From Squalus acanthias (Eukaryota), in the NCBI GenBank assembly GCA_030390025.1, contig JASTWF010000348.1:186001-250000 (forward strand): 64,000 nt of DNA, given 5' to 3'. Position numbers and translations under genes: made by a program. Below are positions 48,235 through 61,000 of this stretch, piece by piece (the first letter of the stretch is position 1; each line of letters begins with the position of its first letter). The notes below the pieces were generated by a model. The model made no database searches, was not told the origin of the DNA, and saw nothing but the letters and a program-made list of their open reading frames with translations.

Positions 48235-48520
48235 AACAACGACAACATCTTGTATTTGTACAGCGCCTTTAATGTAGTAAAACGTCTCGAGGCGCTGCAC
48301 AGGAGTATTATAAGACAAAAAATTCGACACCGAGCCACACAGGGAGATATTAGGGCAGGTGGCCAAACGCTTGGTCAAAGAGGTAGGTTTTAAGGAGCGT
48401 CTTAAAGGAGGAGAGAGAGGTGGAGAGGCGGAGAGGTTTAGCCAGGGAATTCCAGAGCTTGGGGCCTAGGCAGCTGAAGGCACAGCCGCCAGAGGTTGAG
48501 CGATTCTAATCGGGGATGCT
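48235..48520 (-). mobile_element. L2-clade LINE 3' end
   Basis: Reverse complement resembles 5960-6200 (GGGAATTCCAGAGCTTGGGGCCTAGGCAGCTGAAGGCAC); AACAAC tail. Confidence 0.8.
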
Positions 48521-48526
48521 CACTGA

Positions 48527-48728
48527 TGTTTATCCCGTGCCTAATATCACGAAGGCAGATGATCTGGTCATTTATCACACTGCTGTTTGTGGGATCTTGC
48601 TGTGCGCAAATTGGCTGCCCCCCCCCTACATTACAACGGCGACTACGCTTCAAAAAAAATACTTCATCGGCTGTAAAGCGTCCTGAGGCCGTGAAAGGCG
48701 CGGCAAAAATGCAAGTCTTTCTTTATTT
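48527..48728 (+). mobile_element. DeuSINE 3' part
   Basis: CTGGTCATTTATCACACTGCTGTTTGTGGGATCTTGCTGTGCGCAAATTGGCTGCC..AAATGCAAGTCTTTCTTT. Confidence 0.82.
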
Positions 48729-48775
48729 GAGAAGTCGCACAACACCAGGTTATAGTCCAACAGTTTTATTTGAAA

Positions 48776-48816
48776 TCACAAGCTTTCGGAGCTTACGTGG
48801 CCCCTTCCTCAGGTGA
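48776..48816 (-). ncRNA. Minimal hammerhead ribozyme motif
   Basis: UCAC-CUGAGGA-A-GGGGC-cacguaa-GCUCC-GAAA-GC-UU-GUGA. Confidence 0.7.
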
Positions 48817-49128
48817 AGTAAAGAAATACAGACTCGACAAAGCATATATAGATAGAGAACAATGCATGTGTAACTTACAATGGCAGACGACTACATTTAA
48901 ATCATCCTGACTGTTTATCTGCCGAGGTGTGACAAAAGGCAATCAGGTCAGCCAGGAAGGTACCACATCAAAGACATAGCAAGATACAACTGAGACAATG
49001 AGGTGGAGCCACAGGGGGTCCAATGTGTCAAAAGCCGCAGTCGGTATGGGAAACGATAAACTTTAAAATTTTTACTTTTTTACTGGGAATCACATCTGTG
49101 AACAAGCCAACGACGACTCGAGTCTGGA

Positions 49129-49585
49129 TCACGTCATGTATCGTGACATAAACCCAAGATCCCGGTTGAGGCCGTCCTCACGAGTGCGGAACTTGGCTAT
49201 CGGTTTCTGCTCGATGATTTTGCGTTGTCGTGTGTTTCTAAGGCCGCCTTGGAGAACGCTTACCCGCAGATCTGAGGCTGAATGTCCTTGACTGCTGAAG
49301 TGTTCCCCGACTGGGAGGGAACACTCCTGCCTGGTGATTGTTGCGCGGTGTCCGTTCATACGTTGTCTCAGTGTCTGCATGGTCTCGCCGATGTACCATG
49401 CCGCGGTGCATTCTTTCCTGCAACGTATGAGGTAGACAACGTTGGCCGAGTCACATGAGTATGTACCATGTACCTGGTGGGTAGTGTCCTCACGTGTGAT
49501 GGTGGTATCTGTGTTGATGATCTGGCATGTCTTGCAGAGGTTGCCGTGGCAGGGTTGTGTGGTGTCGTGGTCGCTGTTCTCCTGA
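49129..49585 (-). pseudogene. Penelope GIY-YIG endonuclease domain with Cys linker (N-terminally truncated ORF remnant)
   Basis: PCHGNLCKTC..CDSANVVYLIRCRKEC..WYIGETMQTLRQRMNGHR..PVGEHF..EQK..GLNRD shows the GIY, YIG, catalytic R, E and N motifs. Confidence 0.88.
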
Positions 49586-49677
49586 AATCCTGTTATCATT
49601 TCTTTATTTGAAGAGAGGAGGCCATTTTCCTCCTCGGCCTGAGGCTGGAGCTGACCTCAGGTTGCCACAGCAACAGC

Positions 49678-50600
49678 AGTAGGCCATTGAGCCCCTCGAG
49701 CCTGCTCCGCCATTCAACGAGATCAGGGCTGGCCTGCAACCTAACTCCGCAAGCCCCGCCTTTGCCCCGTATCCCTGAACACCTTTGGTTGACAGAAATC
49801 TGCCAAGCTCAGGTTTAAAATTAACAACCGACACCAGTTGCCGTTTGCGGAAGAGAGTTCCAAACTTCGGCCACCCTTTGCGGTTCGACGTGTTTCCTCA
49901 CTTCACTCCTGAAAGGTCTGGCTCTAATTTTTAGACCATGCCCCCTGGAGTCCGAGGGGGAAAAAATCGGGTTACCAGCTGGGCCCCGGGTCGCGCTGCG
50001 CAAGGCCCCCTTCCCCTTTAATGGGGCGCTATTCAATTTTAAGCCCCTAGAATCCCCAACCAGCGGAAATAGTTGCTCTCCTTCTATTGGTCCCAGGACA
50101 CTGGGGAGAGAACTCCCCGTCTGCCCTTCTTCAAGAATAGTAGCCGTGGGATCTTTTACATCCACCTGAGGGAGCAGACTAGGCCTCGGTTTAACCAGCG
50201 GATAGAGTTGCTCTCTATCTACCCCTTAATATCTTAAAAACTTCGATCAGATCACTCCTTAACCGTCTAAATTGTAGGAAATACAACCCTAGTTTTGCGT
50301 AAGCTCTCCTCGCAACTTAACCCTTGGCGTTGCAGCGATGTTCCCACGGATATTTTTCTCGGGGCCGCGCGGCCCCTTTAAGCCCGTTCAAAATTCTGCG
50401 CGGGACCTCCAGAGCGCTGCCCAGGCGCTCGGCTGAAGGGAACATTAGAGTCCAGCGATTATTCTGCTGATCCTGCGCTGCGCTGCCTCCGAGCGAGGCC
50501 GATGTATCCTTCCTGATGTGCCGGTGGCCCCAGAGCTGAGCGCAAGTGCTCCAGGTGTGGTCTAACCAGGGCTTTGTCCGGCTGCAGCGCGACTTCGACC
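49678..50600 (-). mobile_element. Degenerate CR1 LINE with internal insertions (mini-MITE 49957-50047, SINE piece 50085-50195)
   Basis: ORF 49821..50165 contains SRGHGLKIRARPFRSEVRKH..QRVAEVWNSLPQ; CCAGGTGTGGTCTAACCAGGGCTTTGT at ~50550. Confidence 0.75.
49957..50047. mobile_element. Putative 91-bp Harbinger-like mini-MITE
   Basis: Imperfect TIRs GGGGAAAAAAT / ATTTTAAGCCCC; near-TSD GAG/TAG; LINE sequence rejoins across it. Confidence 0.5.
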
Positions 50601-51004
50601 CCCGCCCCTGCCCCCTGCCCCCCCACCCCCACCCGACACCGCCCTGAGGATAAGAGGTCAATTTCTGCTGCGAGGTTTCCTCAGCCCTGCAAGCCTCTGG
50701 CAGTGTGGGCTTTAGTTGCGTCAAGCCCATTTCTCATTCTTGCATCAATTCAGGAAATAGCAGATTGAATCAGTTGCAGATGTGTTGGAGAGTTTAGAAG
50801 GCGGGTGGGGAGGGGTGGGGAGGAGGCGGAGTTGGCGTGCAGCAGTGCCAATGCCTCCAAGCACTTCTGGCACGGCGAGCAGGGATTTCACCACATCCCT
50901 TACCGCAGGCTTCTCCTTGACATGCAGGAAGGGACGCTCCTTCAGGTAATGCAACTGTTAATCGGGGATTGAAATTACTCTGGGAAGGGGACTGAATATG
51001 CTGT

Positions 51005-51435
51005 CAGTTGTGGCTCAGTGGGCCTCGCACTTGACTCAGAAGGGCACGGCCTCATATTCACACACCAGAGACCTTGAGCACCACAAAAAAACCTAGGCTG
51101 ACGCTCGCGGAGCCAGTACTGAGGGGAGTGCAGCACTGTCGGAGGTGCCGTCTTTCGGATCAGACGCTAGCACCGAGGGCTCCCCCGTCTGCCCTCTCGG
51201 ACGGGCGTCAAAGATTCGAAGAGGGAGCAGGGGGGAACGTTCTCCCCAGTGTCCCGGGGCCGCAGTATTTATCCCTCAACCAACATCACCAAAAGAGGTC
51301 GACTGGTCGTTTACCACGTCGCTGATTGTGGGATCTTGCTGTGTGAAAATTGAACGCCGCCTTTCCGACATTGCAACAGCGACTATACTTCCGAAAGTAC
51401 TTCATTGGCTGTAAAGTGCTTCGGGACGTCCTGAG
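51005..51435 (+). mobile_element. DeuSINE (SacSINE1-like), near full length but diverged
   Basis: TGGCTCAGTGG head, CAGTACTGAGGGGAGTGCAGCACTGTCGGAGGTGCCGTCTTTCGGAT, ATTTATCCCTCAACCAACATCAC, AAGTACTTCATTGGCTGTAAAG..GGGACGTCCTGAG. Confidence 0.87.
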
Positions 51436-51437
51436 CT

Positions 51438-52009
51438 GTGTGTGTCTCAGTGTCAGCTCCTGTACATGTACAGCACGCAGCGGGTAAAAGGGAACGATTC
51501 ACTCCCGTCTGGTACTGTACGGCCCCTGTGTGTCTCAGTGTGAGCTCCTGTACATGTACAGCACGCAGCGGGTAAAAGGGAACGATTCACTCCTGTCTGG
51601 TACTGTACGGCCCGTGTGTGTCTCAGTGTCAGCTCCTGTACATGTACAGCACACAGCGGGTAAAAGGGAACGATTCACTCCCGTCTGGTACTGTACGGCC
51701 CGTGTGTGTCTCAGTGTCAGCTCCTGTACATGTACAGCACGCAGCGGGTAAAAGGGAACGATTCACTCCCGTCTGGTACTGTACGGCCCCTGTGTGTCTC
51801 AGTGTCAGCTCCTGTACATGTACAGCACACAGCGGGTAAAAGGGAACGATTCACTCCCGTCTGGTACTGTACGGCCCGTGTGTGTCTCAGTGTCAGCTCC
51901 AGTACATGTACAGTACACAGCGGGTAAAAGGGAACGATTCACTCCCGTCTGGTACTGTACGGCCCGTGTGTGTCTCAGTGTCAGTTCCTGTACATGTACA
52001 GCACACAGC
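51438..52009. repeat. Second array of the 88-bp repeat, ~6.5 copies, same orientation
   Basis: Same unit as 41535-43347. Confidence 0.97.
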
Positions 52010-55000
52010 TGGTATCTGAGAGTGAGACAGGCTGTGTGTGGGTGATGGAGGAGCTGGTATCTGAGAGTGGGACAGGCTGTGTGTGGGTGATGGAGGAGCT
52101 GGTATCTGAGAGTGGGAAAGGCTGTGTGTGGGTGATGGAGGAGCTGGTATCTGAGAATGGGAAAGGCTGTGTGTGGGTGATGGAGGAGCTGGTATCTGAG
52201 AGTGGGACAGGCTGTGTGTTAGTGATGGAGGAGCTGGTATCTGAGACTGGGACAGGCTGTGTGTTAGTGATGGAGGTGCTGGTATCTGAGAGTGGGACAG
52301 ACTGTGTGGGTGATGGAGGAGCTGGTATCTCAGAGTGGGACAGGCTGTGTGTGGGTGATGGAGGAGCTGGTATCTGAGAATGGGACAGGCTGTGTGTTAG
52401 TGATGGAGGAGCTGGTATCTGAGAGTGGGACAGGCTGCGTGTGGGTGATGGAGGAGCTGGTATCTGAGAGTGGGACAGGCTGTGTGTGGGTGATGGAGGA
52501 GCTGGTATCTGAGAATGGGACAGGCTGTGTGTTAGTGATGGAGGAGCTGGTGTCTGAGAGTGGGACAGGCTGTGTTAGTTTTGGAGGAGCTGGTATCTGA
52601 GAGTGGGACAGGCTGTGTGGGTGATGGAGGAGCTGGTATCTGAGAGTGGGACAGGCTGTGTGTGGGTGATGGAGGAGCTGGTATCTGAGAGTGGGACAGG
52701 CTGTGTGTGGGTGATGGAGGAGCTGGTATCTGAGAGTGGGACAGGTTGTGTGTGGGTGATGGAGGAGCTGGTATCTGAGAGTGGGACAGGCTGTGTGTGG
52801 GTGATGGAGGAGCTGGTATCTGAGAGTGGGACAGGCTGTGTGTTAGTGATGGAGGAGCTGGTATCTGAGAGTGGGACAGGCTGTGTGTTAGTGATGGAGG
52901 AGCTGGTATCTGAGAGTGGGACAGGCTGTGTGTTAGTGATGGAGGAGCTGGTATCTGAGAGTGGGACAGGCTGTGTGTGGGTGATGGAGGAGCTGGTATC
53001 TGAGAGTGGGACAGGCTGTGTGGGTGATGGAGGAGCTGGTAACTGAGAGTGGGACAGGCTGTGTGTGGGTGATGGAGGAGCTGGTATCAGAGAGTGGGAC
53101 AGGCTGTGTGTTAGTGATGGAGGAGCTGGTATCGGAGAGTGGGACAGGCTGTGTGTGGGTGATGGAGGAGCTGGTATCTGAGAGTGGGACAGGCCGTGTG
53201 TGGGTGATGGAGGAGCTGGTATCTGAGAGTGGGACAGGCTGTGTGTGGGTGATGGAGGAGCTGGTATCTGAGAGTGGGACAGGCTGTGTGTGGGTGAAGG
53301 AGGAGCTGGTATCTGAGAGTGGGACTGGCTGTGTTAGTGATGGAGGAGCTGGTATCTGAGAGTGGGACAGGCTGTGTGTTAGTGATGGAGGAGCTGGTAT
53401 CTGAGAGTGGGACAGGCTGTGTGAGGGTGATGGAGGAGCTGGTATCTGAGAGTGGGACAGGCCGTGTGTGGGTGATGGAGGAGCTGGTATCTGAGAGTGG
53501 GACAGGCTGTGTGTGGGTGATGGAGGAGCTGGTATCTGAGAGTGGGACAGGCTGTGTGTGGGTGAAGGAGGAGCTGGTATCTGAGAGTGGGACAGGCTGT
53601 GTGTGGGTGATGGAGGAGCTGGTATCTGAGAGTGAGACAGACTGTGTGTGGGTGTTGGAAGAGCTGGTATCTGAGAGTGGGACGGGCTGTGTGTTAGTGA
53701 TGGAGGAGCTGGTATCTGAGAGTGGGACAGGCTGTGTGTGAGTGATGTAGGAGCTGGTATCTGAGAGTGGGACAGGCTGTGTGTGGGTGATGGAGGAGCT
53801 GGTATCAGAGAGTGGGACAGGCTGTGTGTGGGTGATGGAGGAGCTGGTATCAGAGAGTGGGACAGGCTGTGTGTTAGTGATGGAGGAGCTGGTATCGGAG
53901 AGTGGGACAGGCTGTGTGTGGATGATGGAGGAGCTGGTATCTGAGAGTGGGACAGGCTGTGTGTGGGTGATGGAGGAGCTGGTATCTGAGAGTGGGACAG
54001 GCTGTGTGTGGGTGATGGAGGAGCTGGTATCTGAGAGTGGGACAGGCTGTGTGTGGGTGATGGAGGAGCTGGTATCGGAGAGTGGGACAGGCTGTGTGTG
54101 GGTGATGGAGGAGCTGGTATCTGAGAGTGGGACAGGCCGTGTGTGGGTGATGGAGGAGCTGGTATCTGAGAGTGGGACAGGCTGTGTGTGGGTGATGGAG
54201 GAGCTGGTATCTGAGAGTGGGACAGGCTGTGTGTGGGTGAAGGAGGAGCTGGTATCTGAGAGTGGGACTGGCTGTGTTTGTGATGGAGGAGCTGGTATCT
54301 GAGAGTGGGACAGGCTGTGTGTTAGTGATGGAGGAGCTGGTATCTGAGAGTGGGACAGGCTGTGTGAGGGTGATGGAGGAGCTGGTATCTGAGAGTGGGA
54401 CAGGCTGTGTGTTAGTGATGGAGGAGCTGGTATCTGAGAGTGGGACAGGCTGTGTGTGGGTGATGGAGGAGCTGGTATCTGAGAGTGGGACAGGCTGTGT
54501 GTGGGTGATGGAGGAGCTGGTATCTGAGACTGGGACAGGCTGTGTGGGTGATGGAGGAGCTGGTATCTGAGAGTGGGACAGGCTGTGTGGGTGATGGAGG
54601 AGCTGGTATCTGAGAGTGGGACAGGCTGTGTGTTAGTGATGGAGGAGCTGGTATCTGAGAGTGGGACAGGCTGTGTGTTAGTGATGGAGGAGCTGGTATC
54701 TGAGAGTGGGACAGGCTGTGTGTTAGTGATGGAGGAGCTGGTATCTGAGAGTGGGACAGGCTGTGTGTGGGTGATGGAGGAGCTGGTATCTGAGAGTGGG
54801 ACAGGCTGTGTGGGTGATGGAGGAGCTGGTATCTGAGAGTGGGACAGGCTGTGTGTGGGTGATGGAGGAGCTGGTATCAGAGAGTGGGACAGGCTGTGTG
54901 TGAGTGATGTAGGAGCTGGTATCTGAGAGTGGGACAGGCTGTGTGTGGGTGATGGAGGAGCTGGTATCAGAGAGTGGGACAGGCTGTCTGTGGGTGATGG

Positions 55001-58000
55001 AGGAGCTGGTATCAGAGAGTGGGACAGGCTGTGTGTTAGTGATGGAGGAGCTGGTATCTGAGAGTGGGACAGGCTGTGTGTGGGTGATGGAGGAGCTGGT
55101 ATCTGAGAGTGGGACAGGCTGTGTGTGGGTGATGTAGGAGCTGGTATCGGAGAGTGGGACAGGCTGTGTGTGGATGATGGAGGAGCTGGTATCTGAGAGT
55201 GGGACAGGCTGTGTGTGGGTGATGGAGGAGCTGGTATCTGAGAGTGGGACAGGCTGTGTGTGGGTGATGGAGGAGCTGGTATCTGAGAGTGGGACAGGCT
55301 GTGTGTGGGTGATGGAGGAGCTGGTATCTGAGAGTGGGACAGGCTGTGTGTGGGTGATGGAGGTGCTGGTATCTGAGAGTGGGACAGGCTGTGTGTGGGT
55401 GATGGAGGAGCTGGTATCTGAGAGTGGGACAGGCTGTGTGTGGGTGATGGAGGAGCTGGTATCTGGGAGTGGGACAGGCTGTGTGGGTGATGGAGGAGCT
55501 GGTATCTGAGAGTGGGACAGGCTGTCTGTTAGTGATGGAGGAGCTGGTATCTGAGAGTGGGACAGGCTGTGTGTTAGTGATGGAGGAGCTGGTATCTGAG
55601 AGTGTGACAGGCTGTGTGTGGGTGATGGAGGAGCTGGTATCTTAGAGTGGGACAGGCTGTGTGTGGGTGATGGAGGAGCTGGTATCTGGGAGTGGGACAG
55701 ACTGTGTGTTAATGATGGAGGAGCTGGTATCTGAGAGTGGGACAGGCTGTGTGGGTGATGGAGGGGCTGGGATCTGGGAGAGGGACAGGCTGTGTGATAG
55801 TGATGAAGGAGCTGGTATCTGAGAGTGGGACAGGCTGTGTGTTAGTGATGGAGGAGCTGGTATCTAAGAGTGGGACAGACTGTGTAGGCGATGGAGGAGC
55901 TGGTATCTGAGAGTGGGACAGGCTGTGTGTGGCTGATAGAGGAGCTGGTATCTGAGAGTGGGACAGGCTGTGTGTGCGTGATGGAGGAGCTGGTATCTGA
56001 GAGTGGGACAGGCTGTGTGTTAGTGATGGAGGAGCTGGTATCTGAGAGTGGGACAGGTTGTGTGTGGGTGATGGAGGAGCTGGTATCTGAGAGTGCGACA
56101 GGCTGTGTGTGGGTGATGGAGGAGCTGGTATCTGAGAGTGGGAAAGGCTGTGTGTTAGTGATGGAGGAGCTGGTATCTGAGAGTGGGACAGGCTGTGTGT
56201 TAGTGATGGAGGAGCTGGTATCTGAGAGAGGGACAGGCTGTGTGTTAGTGATGGAGGAGCTGGTATCTGAGATTGAGACAGGCTGTGTGTGTTAGTGATG
56301 GAGGAGCTGGTATCTGAGAGTGGGACAGGCTGTGTGTGGGTGATGGACGAGCTGGTATCTGAGAGTGGGACAGGCTGTGTGTGGGTGATGGACGAGCTGG
56401 TATCTGAGAGTGTGACAGGCTGTGTGTGGGTGATGGACGAGCTGGTATCTGAGAGTGGGACAGGCTGTGTGTGGGTGATGGAGGAGCTGGTATCTGAGAG
56501 TGGGACAGGCTGTGTGTGGGTGATGGAGGAGCTGGTATCTGAGAGTGGGACAGGCTGTGTGGGTGATGGAGGAGCTGGTAACTGAGAGTGGGACAGGCTG
56601 TGTGTGGGTGATGGAGGAGCTGGTATCAGAGAGTGGGACAGGCTGTGTGTTAGTGATGGAGGAGCTGGTATCGGAGAGTGGGACAGGCTGTGTGTGGGTG
56701 ATGGAGGAGCTGGTATCTGAGAGTGGGACAGGCCGTGTGTGGGTGATGGAGGAGCTGGTATCTGAGAGTGGGACAGGCTGTGTGTGGATGATGGAGGAGC
56801 TGGTATCTGAGAGTGGGACAGGCTGTGTGTGGGTGAAGGAGGAGCTGGTATCTGAGAGTGGGACTGGCTGTGTTAGTGATGGAGGAGCTGGTATCTGAGA
56901 GTGGGACAGGCTGTGTGTTAGTGATGGAGGAGCTGGTATCTGAGAGTGGGACAGGCTGTGTGAGGGTGATGGAGGAGCTGGTATCTGAGAGTGGGACAGG
57001 CTGTGTGTTAGTGATGGAGGAGCTGGTATCTGAGAGTGGGACAGTCTGTGTGTGGGTGATGGAGGAGCTGGTATCTGAGAGTGGGACAGGCTGTGTGTGG
57101 GTGATGGAGGAGCTGGTATCTGAGACTGGACAGGCTGTGTGGGTGATGGAGGAGCTGGTATCTGAGAGTGGGACAGGCTGTGTGGGTGATGGAGGAGCTG
57201 GTATCTGAGAGTGGGACAGGCTGTGTGTTAGTGATGGAGGAGCTGGTATCTGAGAGTGGGACAGGCTGTGTGTTAGTGATGGAGGAGCTGGTATCTGAGA
57301 GTGGGACAGGCTGTGTGTTAGTGATGGAGGAGCTGGTATCTGAGAGTGGGACAGGCTGTGTGTGGGTGATGGAGGAGCTGGTATCTGAGAGTGGGACAGG
57401 CTGTGTGGGTGATGGAGGAGCTGGTATCTGAGAGTGGGACAGGCTGTGTGTGGGTGATGGAGGAGCTGGTATCAGAGAGTGGGACAGGCTGTGTGTTAGT
57501 GATGGAGGAGCTGGTATCGGAGAGTGGGACAGGCTGTGTGTGGGTGATGGAGGAGCTGGTATCTGAGAGTGGGACAGGCCGTGTGTGGGTGATGGAGGAG
57601 CTGGTATCTCAGAGTGGGACAGGCTGTGTGTGGGTGATGGAGGAGCTGGTATCTGAGAGTGGGACAGGCTGTGTGTGGGTGAAGGAGGAGCTGGTATCTG
57701 AGAGTGGGACAGGCTGTGTGTGGGTGATGGAGGAGCTGGTATCTGAGAGTGAGACAGACTGTGTGTGGGTGTTGGAAGAGCTGGTATCTGAGAGTGGGAC
57801 GGGCTGTGTGTTAGTGATGGAGGAGCTGGTATCTGAGAGTGGGACAGGCTGTGTGTGAGTGATGTAGGAGCTGGTATCTGAGAGTGGGACAGGCTGTGTG
57901 TGGGTGATGGAGGAGCTGGTATCAGAGAGTGGGACAGGCTGTGTGTGGGTGATGGAGGAGCTGGTATCAGAGAGTGGGACAGGCTGTGTGTTAGTGATGG

Positions 58001-61000
58001 AGGAGCTGGTATCGGAGAGTGGGACAGGCTGTGTGTGGATGATGGAGGAGCTGGTATCTGAGAGTGGGACAGGCTGTGTGTGGGTGATGGAGGAGCTGGT
58101 ATCTGAGAGTGGGACAGGCTGTGTGTGGGTGATGGAGGAGCTGGTATCTGAGAGTGGGACAGGCTGTGTGTGGGTGATGGAGGAGCTGGTATCTGAGAGT
58201 GGGACAGGCTGTGTGTGGGTGATGGAGGTGCTGGTATCTGAGAGTGGGACAGGCTGTGTGTGGGTGATGGAGGAGCTGGTATCTGAGAGTGGGACAGGCT
58301 GTGTGTGGGTGATGGAGGAGCTGGTATCTGGGAGTCGGACAGGCTGTGTGGGTGATGGAGGAGCTGGTATCTGAGAGTGGGACAGGCTGTCTGTTAGTGA
58401 TGGAGGAGCTGGTATCTGAGAGTGGGACAGGCTGTGTGTTAGTGATGGAGGAGCTGGTATCTGAGAGTGTGACAGGCTGTGTGTGGGTGATGGAGGAGCT
58501 GGTATCTTAGAGTGGGACAGGCTGTGTGAGGGTGATGGAGGAGCTGGTATCTGAGAGTGTGACAGGCTGTGTGTGGGTGATGGAGGAGCTGGTATCTTAG
58601 AGTGGGACAGGCTGTGTGTGGGTGATGGAGGAGCTGGTATCTGGGAGTGGGACAGACTGTGTGTTAATGATGGAGGAGCTGGTATCTGAGAGTGGGACAG
58701 GCTGTGTGGGTGATGGAGGGGCTGGGATCTGGGAGAGGGACAGGCTGTGTGATAGTGATGAAGGAGCTGGTATCTGAGAGTGGGACAGGCTGTGTGTTAG
58801 TGATGGAGGAGCTGGTATCTAAGAGTGGGACAGACTGTGTAGGCGATGGAGGAGCTGGTATCTGAGAGTGGGACAGGCTGTGTGTGGCTGATAGAGGAGC
58901 TGGTATCTGAGAGTGGGACAGGCTGTGTGTGCGTGATGGAGGAGCTGGTATCTGAGAGTGGGACAGGCTGTGTGTTAGTGATGGAGGAGCTGGTATCTGA
59001 GAGTGGGACAGGCTGTGTGTGGGTGATGGAGGAGCTGGTATCTGAGAGTGCGACAGGCTGTGTGTGGGTGATGGAGGAGCTGGTATCTGAGAGTGGGACA
59101 GGCTGTGTGTGGGTGACGGAGGAGCTGGTAACTGAGAGTGGGACAGGCTGTGTGTTAGTGATGGAGGAGCTGGTACCTGATAGTTAGACAGGCTGTGTGT
59201 GGGTGATGGTTGAGCTGGTATCTGAGAGTGGGACAGGCTGTGTGTGGGTGATGGAGGAGCTGGTATCTGAGAGTGGGAAAGGCTGTGTGTTAGTGATGGA
59301 GGAGCTGGTATCTGAGAGTGGGACAGGCTGTGTGTTAGTGATGGAGGAGCTGGTATCTGAGAGAGGGACAGGCTGTGTGTTAGTGATGGAGGAGCTGGTA
59401 TCTGAGATTGAGACAGGCTGTGTGTGTTAGTGATGGAGGAGCTGGTATCTGAGAGTGGGACAGGCTGTGTGTGGGTGATGGACGAGCTGGTATCTGAGAG
59501 TGGGACAGGCTGTGTGTGGGTGATGGACGAGCTGGTATCTGAGAGTGTGACAGGCTGTGTGTGGGTGATGGACGAGCTGGTATCTGAGAGTGGGACAGGC
59601 TGTGTGTGGGTGATGGAGGAGCTGGTATCTGAGAGTGGGACAGGCTGTGTGGGTGATGGAGGAGCTGGTAACTGAGAGTGGGACAGGCTGTGTGTGGGTG
59701 ATGGAGGAGCTGGTATCAGAGAGTGGGACAGGCTGTGTGTTAGTGATGGAGGAGCTGGTATCGGAGAGTGGGACAGGCTGTGTGTGGGTGATGGAGGAGC
59801 TGGTATCTGAGAGTGGGACAGGCCGTGTGTGGGTGATGGAGGAGCTGGTATCTGAGAGTGGGACAGGCTGTGTGTGGGAGATGAAGGAGCTGGTATCTGA
59901 GAGTGGGACAGGCTGTGTGTTAGTGATGGAGGAGCTGGTATCTGAGAGTGGGACAGGCTGTGTGTGGGTGATGGAGGTGCTGGTATCTGAGAGTGGGACA
60001 TGCTGTGTGTTAGTGATGGAGGAGCTGGTATCTGAGAGTGGGACAGGCTGTGTGTGGGTGATGGAGGAGCTGGTATCTGAGAGTGCGACAGGCTGTGTGT
60101 GGGTGATGGAGGAGCTGGTATCTGAGAGTGGGACAGGCTGTGTGTGGGTGATGGAGGAGCTGGTATCTGAGAGTGGGACAGGCTGTGTGTTAGAGATGGA
60201 GGAGCTGGTACCTGATAGTTAGACAGGCTGTGTGTGGGTGATGGTGGAGCTGGTATCTGAGAGTGGGACAGGCTGTGTGTGGGTGATGGAGGAGCTGGTA
60301 TCTGAGAGTGGGACAGGCTGTGTGTTAGTGATGGAGGAGCTGGTATCTGAGAGTGGGACAGGCTGTGTGTTAGTGATGGAGGAGCTGGTATCTGAGAGTG
60401 GGACAGGCTGTGTGTTAGTGATGGAGGAGCTGGTATCTGAGATTGAGACAGGCTGTGTGTGTTAGTGATGGTGGAGCTGGTACCTGAGAGTGGGACAGGC
60501 TGTGTGTGGGTGATGGAGGAGCTGGTATCTGAGAGTGGGACAGGCTGTGTGTGGGTGATGGACGAGCTGGTATCTGAGAGTGGGACAGACTGTGTGTGGG
60601 TGATGGAGGAGCTGGTATCTGAGAGTGGGACAGGCTGTGTGTTAGTGATGGAGGAGCTGGTATCTGAGAGTGGGACAGGCTGTTTGTGGGTGATGGAGGA
60701 GCTGGTATCTGAGAGTGGGACAGGCTGTGTGTGGGTGATGGAGGAGCTGGTATCTGAGAGGGGGACAGGCTGTGTGTTAGTGATGGTGGAGCTGGTATCT
60801 GAGAGTGGGACAGGCTGTGTGTGGGTGATGGACGAGCTGGTATCTGAGAGTGGGACAGGCTGTGTGTTAGTGATGGAGGAGCTGGTATCTGAGAGTGGGA
60901 CAGGCTGTGTGTGGGTGATGGAGGAGCTGGTATCTGAGTGTGGGACAGGCTGTGTGTGGGTGATGAAGGAGCTGGTATCTGAGAGTTGGACAGACTGTGT

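Larger units (their letters stand above)
48729..49598 (-). mobile_element. Penelope-like element, 5'-truncated, with GIY-YIG domain and pLTR
   Basis: Direct repeat TTTCTTTATTTGA at 48718-48730 and 49599-49611; ORF 49129..49599. Confidence 0.92.

Noticed and set aside
50745..50954. Possible exon ending at CAG|GTAATG (~50945)
   Set aside because: No convincing acceptor site, no recognisable protein and no partner exons.
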